Assembly (NCBI GenBank): GCA_002633005.1
Contig: NMRA01000023.1
Location: 1,344,689 to 1,408,688, forward strand
Direction: 5' to 3'
From: Phoronis australis
Taxonomy: Eukaryota > Animalia > Phoronida
DNA: 64,000 nt
Positions 63,909 through 64,000 of this stretch are shown here, one piece after another. Made by a program: the position numbers and the translations under genes. The notes below the pieces were generated by a model, which was not told where the DNA came from, made no database searches, and saw nothing but the letters and a program-made list of their open reading frames with translations. Each line of letters opens with the position of its first letter. Position 1 is the stretch's first letter.

Positions 63909-64000
63909 CGGTGAGGCTCGTGGTCCGTTACAAATTCAGGCTGTCGGATCTTTCAATTGATAAATTGGAGACGTTAGAACTGCAGGTAAGGGCATTTTTC

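Overview
This is eukaryotic, AT-rich, repeat-dense animal DNA, most likely from a marine invertebrate bilaterian (inferred from the repeat content and gene sequence). It is not prokaryotic, and there is no operon or CRISPR array. The only convincing host-gene segment is the first coding exon of a GABA-B receptor, most likely GABBR2 (33686-33946, +). A splice acceptor and three uORFs precede it, and the intron after it appears to run past the end of the window. The rest is largely transposon debris: a deleted Academ (XPG-nuclease type) DNA transposon with ~340-bp TIRs, a CR1/L2-like LINE fragment, Harbinger-, Kolobok-, P- and hAT-like non-autonomous elements, a tRNA-derived SINE, a HIRAN-domain fragment, and mini- and microsatellites. 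The most notable hidden structure is two diverged Penelope-like 5' fragments (48.6 kb and 58.5 kb, minus strand). Each has a decayed minimal hammerhead ribozyme just upstream of a homologous ORF start, and their core mutations are complementary. I found no clearly novel multi-gene system. All family assignments come from motif recognition by eye and need database confirmation.
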